Counted from the first letter of the stretch, positions 40,244 through 51,225 are shown. The stretch: DNA of 64,000 nt from an uncultured delta proteobacterium (GCA_963808625.1 CAWEHK010000018.1:140640-204639), one strand, 5' to 3'. Translations and numbers: made by a program. Notes: generated by a model not told the origin, from the letters alone.

Positions 40244-41597
40244 TCAGTGCGGTTGGGAGAGGCAACTCGTTTCCAACCGCCGGATTACGTACTCCACCTG
40301 ACGCTTCAACTTGCTTCTTTGTTCCTTCATCTCTTTGCTCATTTCATTCACCGCATGCAAGACGGAACTATGGCTGCGCCTGAATGACTGCCCGATCGAA
40401 ACGAGGGATTGCGTCGTGTACTGACGACAGAGGTACATGGCGATTTTTCTGGCCGTGGCGATCTCCTTGCGACGTGATTTCGAATTCAATTCCTCCAGCG
40501 AAATCTGAAAGCTGTCGCATACCACCTGTTGGATGTTGCCCACGCTGATCTTGGGAAGATAATCCAGCATGGTCTGGGTAACTTCCTGAGCCAAGCGAAG
40601 CGAAACGGGAACCCCCAAGATATTCGTCTTGGCGATGATCCCCACAATGCAACTCTCAAGCTGGCGCACGTCACTGGTAATGCGGTCGGCCAGAAACTCC
40701 ATCACTTCAACCGGTATCGTCACGTTTTCGTAGCAGGTCTTGCGTCTGATGATTTCAAGTCTGGTCTTGAAATCAGGCCGTTCGATCGGAGCCACCAAAA
40801 AACCACTCAGCCGCGACTGCAGTTCGTTGGTCAGTTTCGGGATATCCTTGGGATAAAAGCTGCCTGTGCAGAGCACCTTCTTTCCCCGGTCCATGAGCTC
40901 ATCCAGGGTATAGACCAGTTCGCTCTGAAGCTTCTCCTTGCCGCTCAAGAATTCGACTCTCTCCAGCAGCAGAACATCACAAGCACAGCGGTACCGGTTC
41001 TTGAAGGCCTCGATACTGCCGTTCTTGAGGGCAAAAACCATCTCGTTGGCAAACTGTTCGCTCGTAACATACTGAACCGAAACCTGCGGCTCTTGCTTAA
41101 TCAGGAGGTTGCCGACCGCATGAGAGAGATGGCTCTTTCCCAGCCCCGATTCGGAGAGCAAATATACCGATTGATTATAAAATTGTTGGCCGCTCGCCAC
41201 TGCCATGGACGCAGCGTAAGCAAAATGGTTGCAGTTCCCGACCACAAACTGGTCAAAGGTGAAACGTGGGTTGAACGTCAACCCCGGGCGACGGATCAGT
41301 TGGCCGAAATTGGCCTGCAGAGGCCCTGCCGTTTGGTCCTCAGCATCATTTGGATGCCCGCGAATGATTTGATATTCGATCTTGCGAACTTCAGGGAAGT
41401 GAGGATGCGCAAGACGGAGCAGAGCTCTCCTCCATCTTCTCGCGCAACCAATCAACGTGGAGACGATTACGGCAGCCAAGGAGGAGTCGGTCATCCTCAA
41501 TTCCCAGGAAATCGATGGTAGACACCCACAGGTCGTACTGACCTCGAGGAAGGCAATTTTGCAGCGCTTTCTTAATTGTCTGCCACTTCTGATCCAT
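40244..41597 (-). CDS. DnaA-family paralog (domains I-IV); frameshift at ~41430
   Basis: Domain I (WQTIK...YDLWV) in 41391..41828; [33 protein letters not shown] and ARKIAMYL...SIGQSF in 40244..41725. Confidence 0.85.
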
Positions 41598-42267
41598 GTC
41601 GATTTCCACTCTCCACCCGAAACAAGACTCTGGATGAGACTGCCCGCACCTGTCCAACCTATGCCAATTAAGTGATAATGAGATTTGTGGAACGTTGCCG
41701 GAATACACCGAAGTGCGAGTCGCACTTCCTTTAAAGCTCACCCAAGAATTGGGCACTTCATAACGGACAAAACGATTCAGGTCAAAGTCGATACCGGTGA
41801 TTCTCGGAAGGAATAGAAGAAAGTCCACCCAGAGAAATTATCCCAGAATGAACTGGTGTTAGCCGGTGAAATGAGATAAACGCTTGAGACTCAATGGTTT
41901 TTCGCTTATAAAACTTTTATAAATGAAATCAGATTATTAGCACATCGTTCAATGTATCGTTCTCTAATTATGCTCAGATTGAACTTCAATTTCCTGCCCT
42001 TTTCTCACAAAATCACATTTCCTCATTTTACCGCCCGGTCATGTCGTGAAACCAAGCGACTAAAAAAACCTCTCGCCGTGCTTATCATTTAAAAGGGTTT
42101 CGATGATATACTCGGCACGGTCGCGGACAGCGCTTTTTAGTTCACGACCGGACTCACGGAGAGATCCCGGGGATAGTGCTTCTCCGCAATCCCTGGTGCT
42201 TGTGGCGATACCTGCCGTCGGGAACTCGGATTTCAGGCATGAACAGCCTATATAGGAAGAAATACAG

Positions 42268-42834
42268 GTGGTGATTATCCCAACACGCAGCCAATGCCTG
42301 GTTCTCATGGATCAGGAGAAGATGCCGGAGCATATTAAAAATCACAGTTTTATGGTCGCTCAAATTGCAGTATATTTGGGTGGACTTTTGAATCAAAACA
42401 GTGTCCGCCTCAATATTGAACTGCTGGAGGCCGGGGCCCTGCTTCACGACATTGCTAAAGAGCGGACGCTTGCCACCGGTGAACGGCATGAAAAAGTGGG
42501 AGGCCGGATGGTGGAGGAATGGGGCTACACTCTGCTCTCGCCCATCGTCAAGGAACATGTAATTCTGGATGCCACCCTTCTCGGTGGGCCGATTACCGAA
42601 TCGCTGCTGGTCAATTATGCCGACAAACGAGTAAAGCACGACCAGATCGTTTCCCTTGGGGAACGATTCTCCGACCTGATCGATCGTTACGCGAAGACAG
42701 AAGCACACAGGGTCTGGCTCCAGGAGAAATACGCTCTCTATGTGCTTTTGGAATCCAAGATTTTTGAGCATCTCATCATAAACCCGGAGGATCTGGGCCG
42801 TCGCCTGGCCAAAAAGGCAGTACTCAATGGTTGA
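42268..42834 (+). CDS. HD-domain phosphohydrolase
   Basis: HS..VA, ALLHDIAK, HE..G, VNYADKR. Confidence 0.87.
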   Translation: MVIIPTRSQCLVLMDQEKMPEHIKNHSFMVAQIAVYLGGLLNQNSVRLNIELLEAGALLHDIAKERTLATGERHEKVGGRMVEEWGYTLLSPIVKEHVILDATLLGGPITESLLVNYADKRVKHDQIVSLGERFSDLIDRYAKTEAHRVWLQEKYALYVLLESKIFEHLIINPEDLGRRLAKKAVLNG

Positions 42835-42882
42835 TCGAAATGAGTTCTTACAAGCGGCCGCAGGCCGAAGAACAGGAGACTT

Positions 42883-43818
42883 ATGGCTGACAAGAGATTG
42901 ACCGTGGCTCTATTGGCTGGAGGAAAATCCGCCGAACGCGACGTTTCCCTGAAAAGCGGGGAGCAAGTTTTCCGGGCACTCGACAAGGAGCGTTACGAGA
43001 TCATGCGCTACGATCCGCGTGACGACCTGCCGCGCCTGGCAACGGACGCTGATCGCATTGACGTGGCACTGATCATTCTGCACGGCCGCCTGGGAGAGGA
43101 TGGCACCATTCAGGGATTTCTGGATTTGCTCAACGTTCCTTATCAGGGAAGCGGCGTTCTGGGAAGCGCCCTGGCCATGAACAAGATTCTCAGCAAACAG
43201 CTGTACGTTCAGGCGGGGCTGCCGACGGCACCGTTCGCCGTGCTGGATCGGACGGGGACAGTCGAAGCCGCGAGCGTGCTCGATCAACTGGGACTCCCGG
43301 TAGTGGTGAAACCGGAGCATGAAGGGTCCAGCATTGGCCTGACTATTGTTAGAAGTGCCGAACAGCTTCACAAGGCACTCGAAGAGGCCTGGCAGTTTGA
43401 CCGGCGTTGCCTGGTGGAGAAGTTCATTGGCGGAGTGGAAGTGACGGGCGGAGTGCTGGGAAACGATTCCCTGCAGGCGTTGCCGTTGATCGAAATCGTC
43501 CCCGGTGCGGGTCATGAGTTCTTCGACTATACTGCAAAATATACCCCCGGCGCTTCCCAGGAAATCTGCCCCGCAAGGCTCTCCCCGGAACTCACCGCAA
43601 GAGCAAGGGATTACGCGCTGCGCGCTCACCAGGCCTTGTGCTGCAGGGGCTACAGTCGCACCGACATGATCGTGTCGGACGATGAAATTATTATCCTTGA
43701 GACCAACACCATCCCGGGGATGACTCAGACCAGCCTTTTCCCTCAGGCTGCGGCAGTTGCCGGCATGCCCTTCCCGAAATTGCTGGACCGCCTGATCGAA
43801 CTGGCTCTGGAGAAGTGA
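42883..43818 (+). CDS. ddl: D-alanine--D-alanine ligase
   Basis: GGKSAERDVSL, LHGRLGEDG, EGSSIG, YTAKY, ETNTIPGMT. Confidence 0.95.
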   Translation: MADKRLTVALLAGGKSAERDVSLKSGEQVFRALDKERYEIMRYDPRDDLPRLATDADRIDVALIILHGRLGEDGTIQGFLDLLNVPYQGSGVLGSALAMNKILSKQLYVQAGLPTAPFAVLDRTGTVEAASVLDQLGLPVVVKPEHEGSSIGLTIVRSAEQLHKALEEAWQFDRRCLVEKFIGGVEVTGGVLGNDSLQALPLIEIVPGAGHEFFDYTAKYTPGASQEICPARLSPELTARARDYALRAHQALCCRGYSRTDMIVSDDEIIILETNTIPGMTQTSLFPQAAAVAGMPFPKLLDRLIELALEK

Positions 43819-43854
43819 AAGAAGAACCGGCATGACGGGGAACGCTTTGCGGCC

Positions 43855-45477
43855 TCATGGCAGGACTCTGTTGACTTTGAGCAGGGCCTGCCTCACCTGA
43901 ACGCTCTTGCGCTCATAGCCTCCAGCAAACAATTCAAGGACCGACTCTGCAAAAGGCTTCTCGGTGTCAACCTTCAGAAGAGTCTCACCGGGGATTTCGC
44001 TGAGGGGTTCGAAGGACCTTACCATATCGCTCAAATGCCTGAGACGGGCATCGGAAATGCCTTGCTTCCGGTCCCGTTTCTCCAGTCGCTCCCTGAGGGT
44101 CTCCTCCGGACAAACACACTCCACAAAGATCAGGTTGGTATCCAGGTCCGCCGCCAATTGTCGGGCTGCTTCCCGCCATTTACTTTGGGAAAAGGTCGCA
44201 TCAAGGACTACGGAATGGCCTTTCTTGAGCTGCTCCTGCGCCAGAGCGAGCATTCGCGCATAGACCCGCTGCCTCAGCGCAACGCGATAAATTCCCTGGC
44301 CGAACGGCACGTCATCTTCGTGTGGAGCGGAATCTCCCCTCCCCTCTTTTCGAATCCGATCCGACTGAAAGAGGGTCATCGACAGAGCCTGAGAGAGTTC
44401 TTCGGCCAGCGCCGATTTCCCCGTTGCAGGAAGGCCGCAAAGCACCCACAGGGTGGGACGGCTAAACTGCAGGGCGTAGCGATAGGCCTGCTCCAAGTAG
44501 TCCCTTGCACTAGCCTGCAAAGCAAACCGCGCCTCGGGGCCTTCCACTTCCGTAGACCTGAGGCAGGCCACCTTGACTTTCACCAAAGCCCGGTAGACAG
44601 TATAGAAATCAAGCAGCGAATAGCACTGGTAATCTCTTGAGTGCTCCGCGTAGGCCGAAACAACCAGGCTGCCGGCATCGGAGCAGCCCAAAAACTCAAG
44701 GTCCATGTGGAGAAAGGCAAGGTCGGAAACAACATCACCGTAGCGGAACCGGTCGTTGAACTCCACGCAGTCAATAATCTGTATCCCATTGAAAAGATAG
44801 ACGTGCTCCGCACGCAGGTCCCCGTGACCATCCCGGATGCACCCCTTGCGCACACGGTCTTCAAAGAGTTCGTGCCGGTCATGAAAAAAGGCCCGACTTA
44901 CCTCACGGATGAATTCCCATCGCTCGCGCTCCAGGAATTCGTCCACGAAGGGTTCCACTTGCTGGAAATTCTCCTCCATGTTGAAGGCAATCACTGCGGG
45001 GTCGCCATAATGGTCGATTTCGCCGGTTCTGGCACTCCCTGAATAAAACTCCGCCAGCTTACGGCCGAGTTGCCGCATCTCCTCAGGGCTGATTGCGCCT
45101 CGCTTCAGCAGTTCCATCAGGTTTGCCTCATCCGGCAGGCGTTTCATTCTGACGGCATACTCCAACGGCGTTCCGCCGTCGAGAAAGAACCGGCCGGTCT
45201 CATCGCGGCAGATGCCCACCACCTTATCGTACACACCGCTGGTAAGGCGCTGATTCAGGAGCACTTCTCGTTCACAGAAGTGGCGTCTGGCACCGAGGGT
45301 GCGAAAATCAAGGAACCCGAAATCAACCGGCTTCTTCAGTTTGTAGACCCGGTCTCCGGCAAGAAATACTTTTGATATGTGGGTTTCCCGGCATTCGACG
45401 AGGGTAACGGCATGAGGATAAAAAGCCGGGTCAGCCATGGCCGCGCAAATTTCTTGAAAAACCGGGAGACTGTCCAT
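43855..45477 (-). CDS. Bifunctional aminoglycoside phosphotransferase-like/AAA kinase protein
   Basis: ETHIS, HGDLR, DCVEFN; C-terminal GLPATGKS P-loop and LDATF. Confidence 0.88.
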   Translation of the reverse strand: MDSLPVFQEICAAMADPAFYPHAVTLVECRETHISKVFLAGDRVYKLKKPVDFGFLDFRTLGARRHFCEREVLLNQRLTSGVYDKVVGICRDETGRFFLDGGTPLEYAVRMKRLPDEANLMELLKRGAISPEEMRQLGRKLAEFYSGSARTGEIDHYGDPAVIAFNMEENFQQVEPFVDEFLERERWEFIREVSRAFFHDRHELFEDRVRKGCIRDGHGDLRAEHVYLFNGIQIIDCVEFNDRFRYGDVVSDLAFLHMDLEFLGCSDAGSLVVSAYAEHSRDYQCYSLLDFYTVYRALVKVKVACLRSTEVEGPEARFALQASARDYLEQAYRYALQFSRPTLWVLCGLPATGKSALAEELSQALSMTLFQSDRIRKEGRGDSAPHEDDVPFGQGIYRVALRQRVYARMLALAQEQLKKGHSVVLDATFSQSKWREAARQLAADLDTNLIFVECVCPEETLRERLEKRDRKQGISDARLRHLSDMVRSFEPLSEIPGETLLKVDTEKPFAESVLELFAGGYERKSVQVRQALLKVNRVLP

Positions 45478-45496
45478 GGCAGGATACTGGCAGGGG

Positions 45497-46270
45497 TTAC
45501 TTGGTGCGCTCGATACAGGCGTAAGCGCTGTGATTGTGGATGGATTCAAAATTCTCGACGTCGACAAGGAACCAGCAGATGTTGGAATCTTGTTTCAAAT
45601 CGTAAGCGATATCGCGAACGACATCTTCCACGAACTTGGGATTATCGAAGGCTTTCTCGGTCACGAATTTTTCGTCGGGCCGTTTGAGCACCGAATAGAC
45701 CTCACAGGATGCGGCGTATTCGACCATCCGCACCAAATCTTCGATCCACAGGAAGCGCTTAAAGCGCACCGCCAGCCGCACCAGGCCTCGCTGGTTGTGG
45801 GCGCCCTGATTGCTGATCTCTTTCGAACAGGGGCAAACGGTGGTGATGGGTACGTTGACTTCAAGGACAAGATCATAGCCGTTCTTGCGATCCAGGGAAC
45901 CGGAAACGCGACAGCCGTATTCCATCATGCCGGCCGTTGCCGTGATCGGCGAGTGCTTCTTGACAAAATAAGGGAAGGTGATCTCGATATGAGCCGATTC
46001 GGCCTGAAGCCGCTCCTGCATGGATTCGAGAATGGCCCGGAATTCACGAATGTCCAGATTGCCGTGAAATTCGTTCAGGATCTCTATGAAACGGCTCATG
46101 TGGGTGCCCTTGAAGCTCCGGGGCAGGTTGACGTACATATTGATGGAGGCGACGGTATGCTGTAAGCCGTGGTGTTTGTCCATCACCGTGATGGGATAAC
46201 GAATGTCTTTGACACCCACCTTGTCTACGTTGATGTTCCGGTGGTCCGCCTGATTCTGAACGTCGATCAT
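45497..46270 (-). CDS. folE2: GTP cyclohydrolase IB
   Basis: KGTHMSRF, CPCSKEIS, AHNQR, FVEDVVR, ESIHNHSA. Confidence 0.95.
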   Translation of the reverse strand: MIDVQNQADHRNINVDKVGVKDIRYPITVMDKHHGLQHTVASINMYVNLPRSFKGTHMSRFIEILNEFHGNLDIREFRAILESMQERLQAESAHIEITFPYFVKKHSPITATAGMMEYGCRVSGSLDRKNGYDLVLEVNVPITTVCPCSKEISNQGAHNQRGLVRLAVRFKRFLWIEDLVRMVEYAASCEVYSVLKRPDEKFVTEKAFDNPKFVEDVVRDIAYDLKQDSNICWFLVDVENFESIHNHSAYACIERTK

Positions 46271-46281
46271 GGAAGTCTTTC

Positions 46282-47049
46282 TTATAGGTTCATGACGTTT
46301 TGGGCGATTTCCTCGAAACCTGCAAGCGTCTCCTTTGCCAAATCTTCAGGAAAGACCCCGCGAAGGTCGGCTTCGATGATCTGTTCATCGTAGGGAATAA
46401 AGCCCAGAAAACGAAAATCGGACAAAGCGCTTCTCAAGAAATCCCGGTCTTTGCTGCTGCGGATTTTGTTGCCTACCAGGAAAACTTTCCGCAGCCCGAT
46501 GTCTCCGGCCAGATCCTTGATCTTAAGGGCCGTATCGATACTCCTCCGCCCGGGTTCCACGACCACGATCAGGCAATCGACGGAACCGGAAGTTGCCCGC
46601 CCGAGATGTTCGATGCCGGCCTCCATATCCATCACCACCACCTCATCGCGCCTCAGGATGAGATGCTGCACCAGGTTCTTGAGCAGGACGCTTTCGGGGC
46701 AAACACATCCCATGCCCCCTTTCTTTACTCCGCCCATGACCATCAAACGAATGCCGTCGCCGATTGTGACAGCGAGCTTTTCAGGAAGGTCATCGACCTG
46801 CGGATTCATTTTGAAGAAACCGCCAAAGCTTCCCGGAACGGATTCGGTGCGCTCCGCGACGAGGTCCTTCATTGCAGAAATGGGAACGATATCGGAGGCT
46901 CCTCCGGTTCCCAACCCGTGAGCCAGATTCGCATCCGGGTCGGCATCAATGGCCAGGACATTCTTTCCCTGGCCTGCAAACCACCTTGCCAGAAAAGCTG
47001 AAAGCGTGGTTTTGCCAACCCCGCCCTTACCGCTGACGGCAATCTTCAA
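46282..47049 (-). CDS. cooC: CooC/AcsF-type nickel-insertion ATPase
   Basis: GKGGVGKTT, GCVCPE, DMEAGIEHLGR. Confidence 0.9.
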   Translation of the reverse strand: MKIAVSGKGGVGKTTLSAFLARWFAGQGKNVLAIDADPDANLAHGLGTGGASDIVPISAMKDLVAERTESVPGSFGGFFKMNPQVDDLPEKLAVTIGDGIRLMVMGGVKKGGMGCVCPESVLLKNLVQHLILRRDEVVVMDMEAGIEHLGRATSGSVDCLIVVVEPGRRSIDTALKIKDLAGDIGLRKVFLVGNKIRSSKDRDFLRSALSDFRFLGFIPYDEQIIEADLRGVFPEDLAKETLAGFEEIAQNVMNL

Positions 47050-47175
47050 AGCGAATTACCCCCAATTCCATATGGCTCCCGGCTCTCAACTGCTTTCCTG
47101 TGAGAACACGGGACCCTTCGATCATCGATCAGAATGAACATCACTTCTACCCGCCACCTCTGCGTTGCCCCCCGA

Positions 47176-47835
47176 TTAATGACTCCTGGCAATTCCCATC
47201 AGCCGGTAAACCAGCATTCCACTCAAAACGGCAACATCCTCAGCGGCGAGCTCCTGCCGAATGTTGGCGTCAAAAAGAATACCGGCTTCCGGCGGAAACT
47301 CGTCATCACCCCTCCAAAGGACCAGCTGAATGGCGATTCGAGGCAGCACCTGAAAGGCGAGGCCCACATCCCCGGCCGCCACTTCGCGACCGCCGAGCAT
47401 TCGCCCACACCGTTGGAAGAGCTCAGGATCCTTACCAAAAGTTCCCAGGAACGGGTCCCTTGCACGCCTCTGAAAAGCTTCGAAGTAGAAATGGCCGTCG
47501 GGAATCTGGCGAAAGGTAATGAGCTCACCCTTAGGCGGTTCCCCCGAAGCGTGGAGAAGATAGTGGCAGAGAAGTATTTTCTCCGGGAGGGACACTTCCT
47601 GATGGTCCCCTTCTCTCCTTATGGCGACGTTTTCACCGACCCGGACATGGCAGGGTGCACCGAAAAAGGGCACGATCAGGACAGGTATCCCTTCTTCAGA
47701 AAGCGCCATGTCAACTTGAGCAAGCCGCACCGCCCTTTGAAGGTCCGCTCTTTTCAGTTCTTCCGAAGCGAGCCGAAAAGACTCCTTGTAGTCGTCTATG
47801 CGTGCCACTTCTCTTCTGCTTCCTCTCTTTTTCAT
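47176..47835 (-). CDS. DUF3786-domain protein
   Basis: ILLCHYL, FRQIPDG.FY...F, LPRI.I...LW.GDDEFPP....LFD. Start may be GTG 47805. Confidence 0.8.
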   Translation of the reverse strand: MKKRGSRREVARIDDYKESFRLASEELKRADLQRAVRLAQVDMALSEEGIPVLIVPFFGAPCHVRVGENVAIRREGDHQEVSLPEKILLCHYLLHASGEPPKGELITFRQIPDGHFYFEAFQRRARDPFLGTFGKDPELFQRCGRMLGGREVAAGDVGLAFQVLPRIAIQLVLWRGDDEFPPEAGILFDANIRQELAAEDVAVLSGMLVYRLMGIARSH

Positions 47836-47995
47836 TTGCCCTTGAATACTAACACGTTTATGCTAGAAAGCACAAACGATCCGGATATTTTGGAGTGCAA
47901 GGCACCTGATCGTTAGGCACCATCCTTCGTTAAAGCCTTTTAGGCCTTTGTTCCCGTAAAAGCACAGAACGTTGCTGCGAAGGAGAAATCTCCCA

Positions 47996-48763
47996 ATGCG
48001 AATCAGAGTTCTTGGATCCTCCGGTTCCGAAGTCCCGGGACACAATCCTCCCGCCTTTCTCGTCGACGATTTCCTCCTCCTGGATGCCGGGACGGTATCG
48101 CTTTCCCTGGGGCGTGAAGCGCAGTGCCAAATTACCCATATTTTCCTCACCCATGCACATTTCGATCACATCAAAGCGATTCCCTTCCTGGTGGATAACA
48201 TCGTCTCAAGCGACCAGGGTTGCCAGTTGCTCATTCTAAGCGGCAAGGAAGTGATCGAGGACCTCAAAAGGAATATCTTCAACGACCGGATATGGCCCGA
48301 CTTCACCAATCTGCCCGACTCCCGCCATCCCGTGATTCGCTTTCAAGAGATACTCCCCGGGGAACCCGTTGCGGTGAGGGGCTACCGGGTGCATTCGACG
48401 ACCGTCGATCACAGTGTTCCCGCATACGGGTATTTGATCGAGAATTCCTCAAAAGTCGCCGTGGTCTATACCGGTGACACCGGTCCCACGGAGAACTTGT
48501 GGAGACTCATGAGCGAGCACCGGGTAAAGGCACTTATCATTGAGGTCTCATTCCCCGACGAGATGCAGCCGCTGGCTCTGGCTTCAGGGCATCTCACCCC
48601 TTCACTGCTCGCTCTGGAGATCCGGAAGATGCAGACTATCCCGGAGAAGATCTACATCACACACCTCAAGCCTTTTTACCGGGACACCATTAAGAACCAA
48701 CTCTCGAACTTGAACCATCCCGGCATTGAAGTGCTGGAAGATGGCATGGTACTTTCCTTCTAA
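47996..48763 (+). CDS. Metallo-beta-lactamase-fold, class II cAMP phosphodiesterase-like protein
   Basis: LLDAG, THAHFDH, FNDRIWPDF, GDTGP, GHLTP. Confidence 0.85.
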   Translation: MRIRVLGSSGSEVPGHNPPAFLVDDFLLLDAGTVSLSLGREAQCQITHIFLTHAHFDHIKAIPFLVDNIVSSDQGCQLLILSGKEVIEDLKRNIFNDRIWPDFTNLPDSRHPVIRFQEILPGEPVAVRGYRVHSTTVDHSVPAYGYLIENSSKVAVVYTGDTGPTENLWRLMSEHRVKALIIEVSFPDEMQPLALASGHLTPSLLALEIRKMQTIPEKIYITHLKPFYRDTIKNQLSNLNHPGIEVLEDGMVLSF

Positions 48764-48808
48764 CATTACACGGCAAGAGCAGAGGCCGAAACCGCCGCTC
48801 CCGCCTCC

Positions 48809-49957
48809 CTACCGAAGCAACTCGCGCGCGATGATCAGGCGCTGGATTTCGCTGGTTCCCTCATAGATTGTCGTCACACGCACATCACGGAAATGGCGCT
48901 CCAGGGGAAACTCCTGCGTGTAACCATACCCTCCCAGAATCTGCATGGCATCGTAGCAGGCCTTGTTGGCCGCCTCCGTGGCAAAGAGCTTGGCCATGGA
49001 AGCCTCCTTGGCGAAGTATTTCTTCTGATCCTTCAGAAAAGCGGCCCGCAGCAGCAGCAACTGTGCCGCTTCAAGGCGCGTGTAATTGTCCGCAATCATC
49101 ATTTGCGTAGCCTGGTGGCTGGCGATGGGAACGTCGAACTGGACCCGATCTTTGGCGTATTCCGTGGCAAAATCCATGGCGGCCAGCCCGATGCCGAGAG
49201 CCATCGAGCCAATACCGATACGCCCGCCCGACAGCTCCGATACGGCTATACGGAAACCATCATTCACGACACCCAGAAGATTTCTGTTTGGAATACGGCA
49301 ATCCTGGAAGTATAGATCGTTGGCCGGGGAGGCCAACTGTCCGAGTTTCTTTTCATCCTTCCCCACCCAAAAACCCGGGAATGAGCGCTCAACCAGGAAG
49401 GCACTGATGCCTTTCCCTTTGGGAGCAGCTTTGTCAGTCACCGCCCAAACCACGAACAGTTCGGCGAATTCAGCGCTGGTGATGAAAATCTTGTGGCCAT
49501 TCAGTACCCAATGATCCCCATCCCGAGCAGCGCTCATGCGCATCGCCGCGGGGTCCGACCCGGCACCCGTTTCGGTCAAGCCAAAGCTGCCCGCAACAAA
49601 CTCACCGCTGCACAACGGCGGGAGATACTTCTCTTTCTGTTGTTCATCGCCAAACGCATGAATCACTTCCGCAACCATGTTGGTAACGGCAATCGTCACA
49701 GCCGTGGAGGCACATCCTCGACCCAGTTCCGTCATAACCAGGGAAAAGGCCACGGCTCCGGCTCCCGTCCCTCCGTATTCGGGATCCACATTGAGACCCA
49801 TGAAACCCAGTTCCGCAAGCTGCTTCGAAACGCTTTTCAATCTCTCACGGTCTTTGGTCTGGTCCAGTTTCGCTGCCATCGGCGCCAGTTCCAGTTTGGC
49901 AAACTTCGCAGCGGTGGCTTGAATGATTCTTTGCTCTTGGGTCAGGCTAAAGTCCAT
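48809..49957 (-). CDS. Acyl-CoA dehydrogenase
   Basis: LTETGAGSD, GRIGI, QILGGYGY, IYEGTSEIQR. Confidence 0.93.
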   Translation of the reverse strand: MDFSLTQEQRIIQATAAKFAKLELAPMAAKLDQTKDRERLKSVSKQLAELGFMGLNVDPEYGGTGAGAVAFSLVMTELGRGCASTAVTIAVTNMVAEVIHAFGDEQQKEKYLPPLCSGEFVAGSFGLTETGAGSDPAAMRMSAARDGDHWVLNGHKIFITSAEFAELFVVWAVTDKAAPKGKGISAFLVERSFPGFWVGKDEKKLGQLASPANDLYFQDCRIPNRNLLGVVNDGFRIAVSELSGGRIGIGSMALGIGLAAMDFATEYAKDRVQFDVPIASHQATQMMIADNYTRLEAAQLLLLRAAFLKDQKKYFAKEASMAKLFATEAANKACYDAMQILGGYGYTQEFPLERHFRDVRVTTIYEGTSEIQRLIIARELLR

Positions 49958-50019
49958 AACGCTGACTCTTGTTCCTGCAAACTCTTCCCGGCTCGCCGAC
50001 AACAATCGCACAAGGACGG

Positions 50020-51162
50020 CTACGAGAGCATAAGGCTATCGGCAATAGTCCCTCTCATGGCTTCCGGAGTGCCTTCACACATCTCCATCATCTTGGCATC
50101 GCGATAGAGGCGTTCGACTTTCTGGCCCTTTATGGTTCCAATACCGCCGTGAATCTGGACCGCCCTGTCGGTTTGCTCCACCGCCGTCGTCGAAGCCATG
50201 AGCTTTGCCATGGCGGCTTCCTGACGGTAAGGCAACCCGCGATCATAACACCATGCGGCATGGTAGGTCAGGTATCTGGAAATCTCCACTTCCGTGGCCA
50301 TATTGGCAAGCATCCACTGGATTGCCTGAAAGCTGCTGATCGGCTTGTCAAACTGGACTCTTTCCTTGGAATAGCGGACGGACTCGTCCAGGGCCGCCTC
50401 GGCGATACCCAGCGCCTGAGCGGCAATGCCGATCCGGCAACCGTCAAGGGTTGTCATGGCGATCACGGCGCCTTCTCCTTCGCGACCCAGAAGGTTCTCT
50501 TTGGGGATGCGGCAGTCTTCCAGAACGACCGCTGAGGACGGAGCGCCGCGGATACCCAACTTGTTCGCCCGTTCCGCGACCGAAATTCCCGGTGTGTCTG
50601 CAGGGATGATGAAGACACTGAGTCCCTCGGTTCCCTTTGATTTATCGGTCGCGGCAAGGACGATGAAAACCCCCGCCACCGGGGCGTTGGCAACAAACGC
50701 TTTGACGCCGTTCAGCACATACCCGTTGCCACCCGGGACCGCTGTCGCAGTCATCGCACTGAAATCGGCACCGACTCCGGGTTCGGTCAAAGCGAACGCT
50801 CCCAGCATTTCCCCTTTGCACAGGGGCACAAGGTACTTCTTTTTTTGCGCTTCGCTGCCGAACTTATACAAGGGAAAACATGCCAGGGAGGTGTTGACCT
50901 CGACAATGAAGCCGGTGGCCGCGCAAGCGCGGGAAAGCTCCTCGACGGCTATGATATGAGTGAGGTAGTCGGCCCCGGCTCCCCCGTATTCTTCAGGATA
51001 GGGAATGCCCAACCAGTCCTGCTCGGCCAGCCTCTTAACGGTTTCGGAGGGGAAACGAAGCTCCTGATCAACCGCATCCGCCATGGGTTCCACGTACTTT
51101 TCACAAAACTCTCTGACACTGGCTCGGACCAACTGCTGTTCTTCCGTTAATTCTAAATCCAT
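50020..51162 (-). CDS. Acyl-CoA (butyryl-CoA-like) dehydrogenase
   Basis: FALTEPG, RIGIAAQALG, QIHGGIG, CEGT. Confidence 0.92.
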   Translation of the reverse strand: MDLELTEEQQLVRASVREFCEKYVEPMADAVDQELRFPSETVKRLAEQDWLGIPYPEEYGGAGADYLTHIIAVEELSRACAATGFIVEVNTSLACFPLYKFGSEAQKKKYLVPLCKGEMLGAFALTEPGVGADFSAMTATAVPGGNGYVLNGVKAFVANAPVAGVFIVLAATDKSKGTEGLSVFIIPADTPGISVAERANKLGIRGAPSSAVVLEDCRIPKENLLGREGEGAVIAMTTLDGCRIGIAAQALGIAEAALDESVRYSKERVQFDKPISSFQAIQWMLANMATEVEISRYLTYHAAWCYDRGLPYRQEAAMAKLMASTTAVEQTDRAVQIHGGIGTIKGQKVERLYRDAKMMEMCEGTPEAMRGTIADSLMLS

Positions 51163-51225
51163 ATTAACCTCCGCCTTGGAAAACGAACAAGGTTGTGCGG
51201 GCTATCGCAAGGAACCACCCTTTCT

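Noticed and set aside
40244..42265. Chromosomal oriC with canonical dnaA
   Set aside because: No dnaN/gyrB/rpmH context, no consensus DnaA-box cluster, and a degenerate Walker B motif.
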